Shown: piece by piece, positions 31,152 to 32,000 of the stretch
How the letters are laid out: each line of letters opens with the position of its first letter
Position numbering within the stretch: the stretch's first letter is position 1
Source of the DNA: Haloferax volcanii DS2
Lineage (GTDB): Archaea; Halobacteriota; Halobacteria; Halobacteriales; Haloferacaceae
Assembly (NCBI RefSeq): GCF_000025685.1
Contig: NC_013967.1
Coordinates: forward strand, 1,950,001 to 1,982,000
Reading direction: 5' to 3'
Length of the DNA: 32,000 nt
Notes under the pieces: generated by a model
What the model was told of the DNA's origin: nothing
The model's database searches: none
The model's input: the letters and a program-made list of their open reading frames with translations, nothing else
Made by a program: the position numbers and the translations under genes

Positions 31152-32000
31152 GCATTCGTAACGACATCGGACGCAAGTGGTCGAACGTCAAACAGCGGAC
31201 CGTGGACAAGCCGTGGAACCCGCTGACGCACCTCTCGCACCAGGGTCGGTCGACGGGGTGGAACTTGACGCTGAACGCCCTGTTGGTGCTGCAGCTGTTC
31301 GTCGTCATCTTCCCCATCTTCTGGATGGTCAGTACGGCGCTACGGCCGACGGACATGATTTACAACGTTCCGCAAACGCTGCTACCGCAGATATTCTCCG
31401 TCGAGAACTTCGTCAACACGTTCGAGGGGACGAACTTCCCGACGTACTTCAAAAACAGCATGATTCTCTCGGTGGGCGTCGTCGTGGTCACGACATCGAT
31501 GTCGACGCTGGCTGGCTACGGGCTCACGCGCATCGACATCCCACACAAGAAGACGTTCGCGAGAATCATTCTTTTCGGGTACATGTTCCCGCAGATTCTG
31601 CTCGCGATCCCGATGTTCATCTTCTGGAGTCGCATCGGCCTCATCAACAGCCACCTCGGCCTCATCTTGGCGGTTACCGCGACCGCCTTGCCGTTCGGCA
31701 TCTGGTTGATGTGGAAGTTCTTCCAGAACGTTCCCATCTCGCTCGAAGAGTCCGCCCAGATGGCGGGCGCGTCGCCGTTCCGGGCGTTCTACGAGATCGC
31801 ACTACCGATGGCGAAACCCGGTGTCATCGCGGTAGCCATCTTCTCGTATGCAACGGCGTGGGGTGCGTACACGATTCCCCGAATCATCATGCCGACGAGT
31901 GAAAACTGGCCGCTCACCGTGGGTATCCACATGTTCACGATTCAGAAACAGACTCTCTGGGGAGAGGTCATGGCCGCGAGCGTGATGATGGTAATCCCGG
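31148..32000 (+). CDS. ABC transporter permease 2 (carbohydrate, MalG/UgpE-like), 3'-truncated by the window end
   Basis: Not in the ORF track because there is no stop inside the window. The ATG at 31148 overlaps the upstream TGA (ATGA). My translation is MSIRNDIGRKWSN...FPIFWMVSTALRP...EESAQMAGASPFRAFYEIALPMAKPG..., which contains an EAA loop, and the frame stays open to 32000. Confidence 0.85.
   Translation, partial: MSIRNDIGRKWSNVKQRTVDKPWNPLTHLSHQGRSTGWNLTLNALLVLQLFVVIFPIFWMVSTALRPTDMIYNVPQTLLPQIFSVENFVNTFEGTNFPTYFKNSMILSVGVVVVTTSMSTLAGYGLTRIDIPHKKTFARIILFGYMFPQILLAIPMFIFWSRIGLINSHLGLILAVTATALPFGIWLMWKFFQNVPISLEESAQMAGASPFRAFYEIALPMAKPGVIAVAIFSYATAWGAYTIPRIIMPTSENWPLTVGIHMFTIQKQTLWGEVMAASVMMVIP

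Overview
This window reads as a GC-rich haloarchaeal (class Halobacteria) accessory and catabolic region. The evidence is acidic D/E-rich proteins, secreted lipoproteins with a Tat motif plus lipobox (LAGC), an archaeal-type short TIM and a class-IA aldolase. TATA-like boxes sit about 25-35 nt upstream of many start codons (leaderless geometry). There are also three IclR regulators and an IS1341/IS605-type TnpB remnant. I call 28 CDS, one gene-fragment pseudogene and one truncated IS fragment. Two of the CDS are missing from the ORF track: a permease open-ended at 32000 and a 49-aa ORF.

Left third: a GH3 beta-glucosidase, then a decay scar. The scar is an AT-rich island plus the 3' stump of a DgoD-type dehydratase abutting the 3' stump of tnpB and its right-end hairpins. 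Next come an omega-aminotransferase / IclR / NhaC-family transporter module and an orphan siderophore-type binding lipoprotein with iron-box-like palindromes. These are followed by two oxidoreductases, an MFS transporter, and a dioxygenase-fold protein whose in-frame Tat signal has no start codon.

Middle third holds the most interesting unit. A galactitol-family PTS (HPr, EIIA, EIIB, GatC-like EIIC; no EI in the window) is co-oriented with a class-I aldolase, a TIM paralogue with a non-canonical lid loop, and a YjbQ/UPF0047 protein. A divergent IclR gene sits upstream, with mirrored promoters and a 30-bp near-palindrome between them. Next to it is an FGGY kinase with His in place of the conserved phosphate-1 Asp.

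Right third: a DUF1537 four-carbon acid-sugar kinase is translationally coupled to a PdxA-family dehydrogenase. This pair is divergent from a sugar ABC importer that is interleaved with a DapA-family aldolase and an aldo-keto reductase. A third IclR gene is flanked by three TTTCCA-N7-TGGAA(A/C) inverted repeats.

I saw no rRNA, tRNA or CRISPR array. Most long overlapping ORFs in the track are GC-rich shadow frames.
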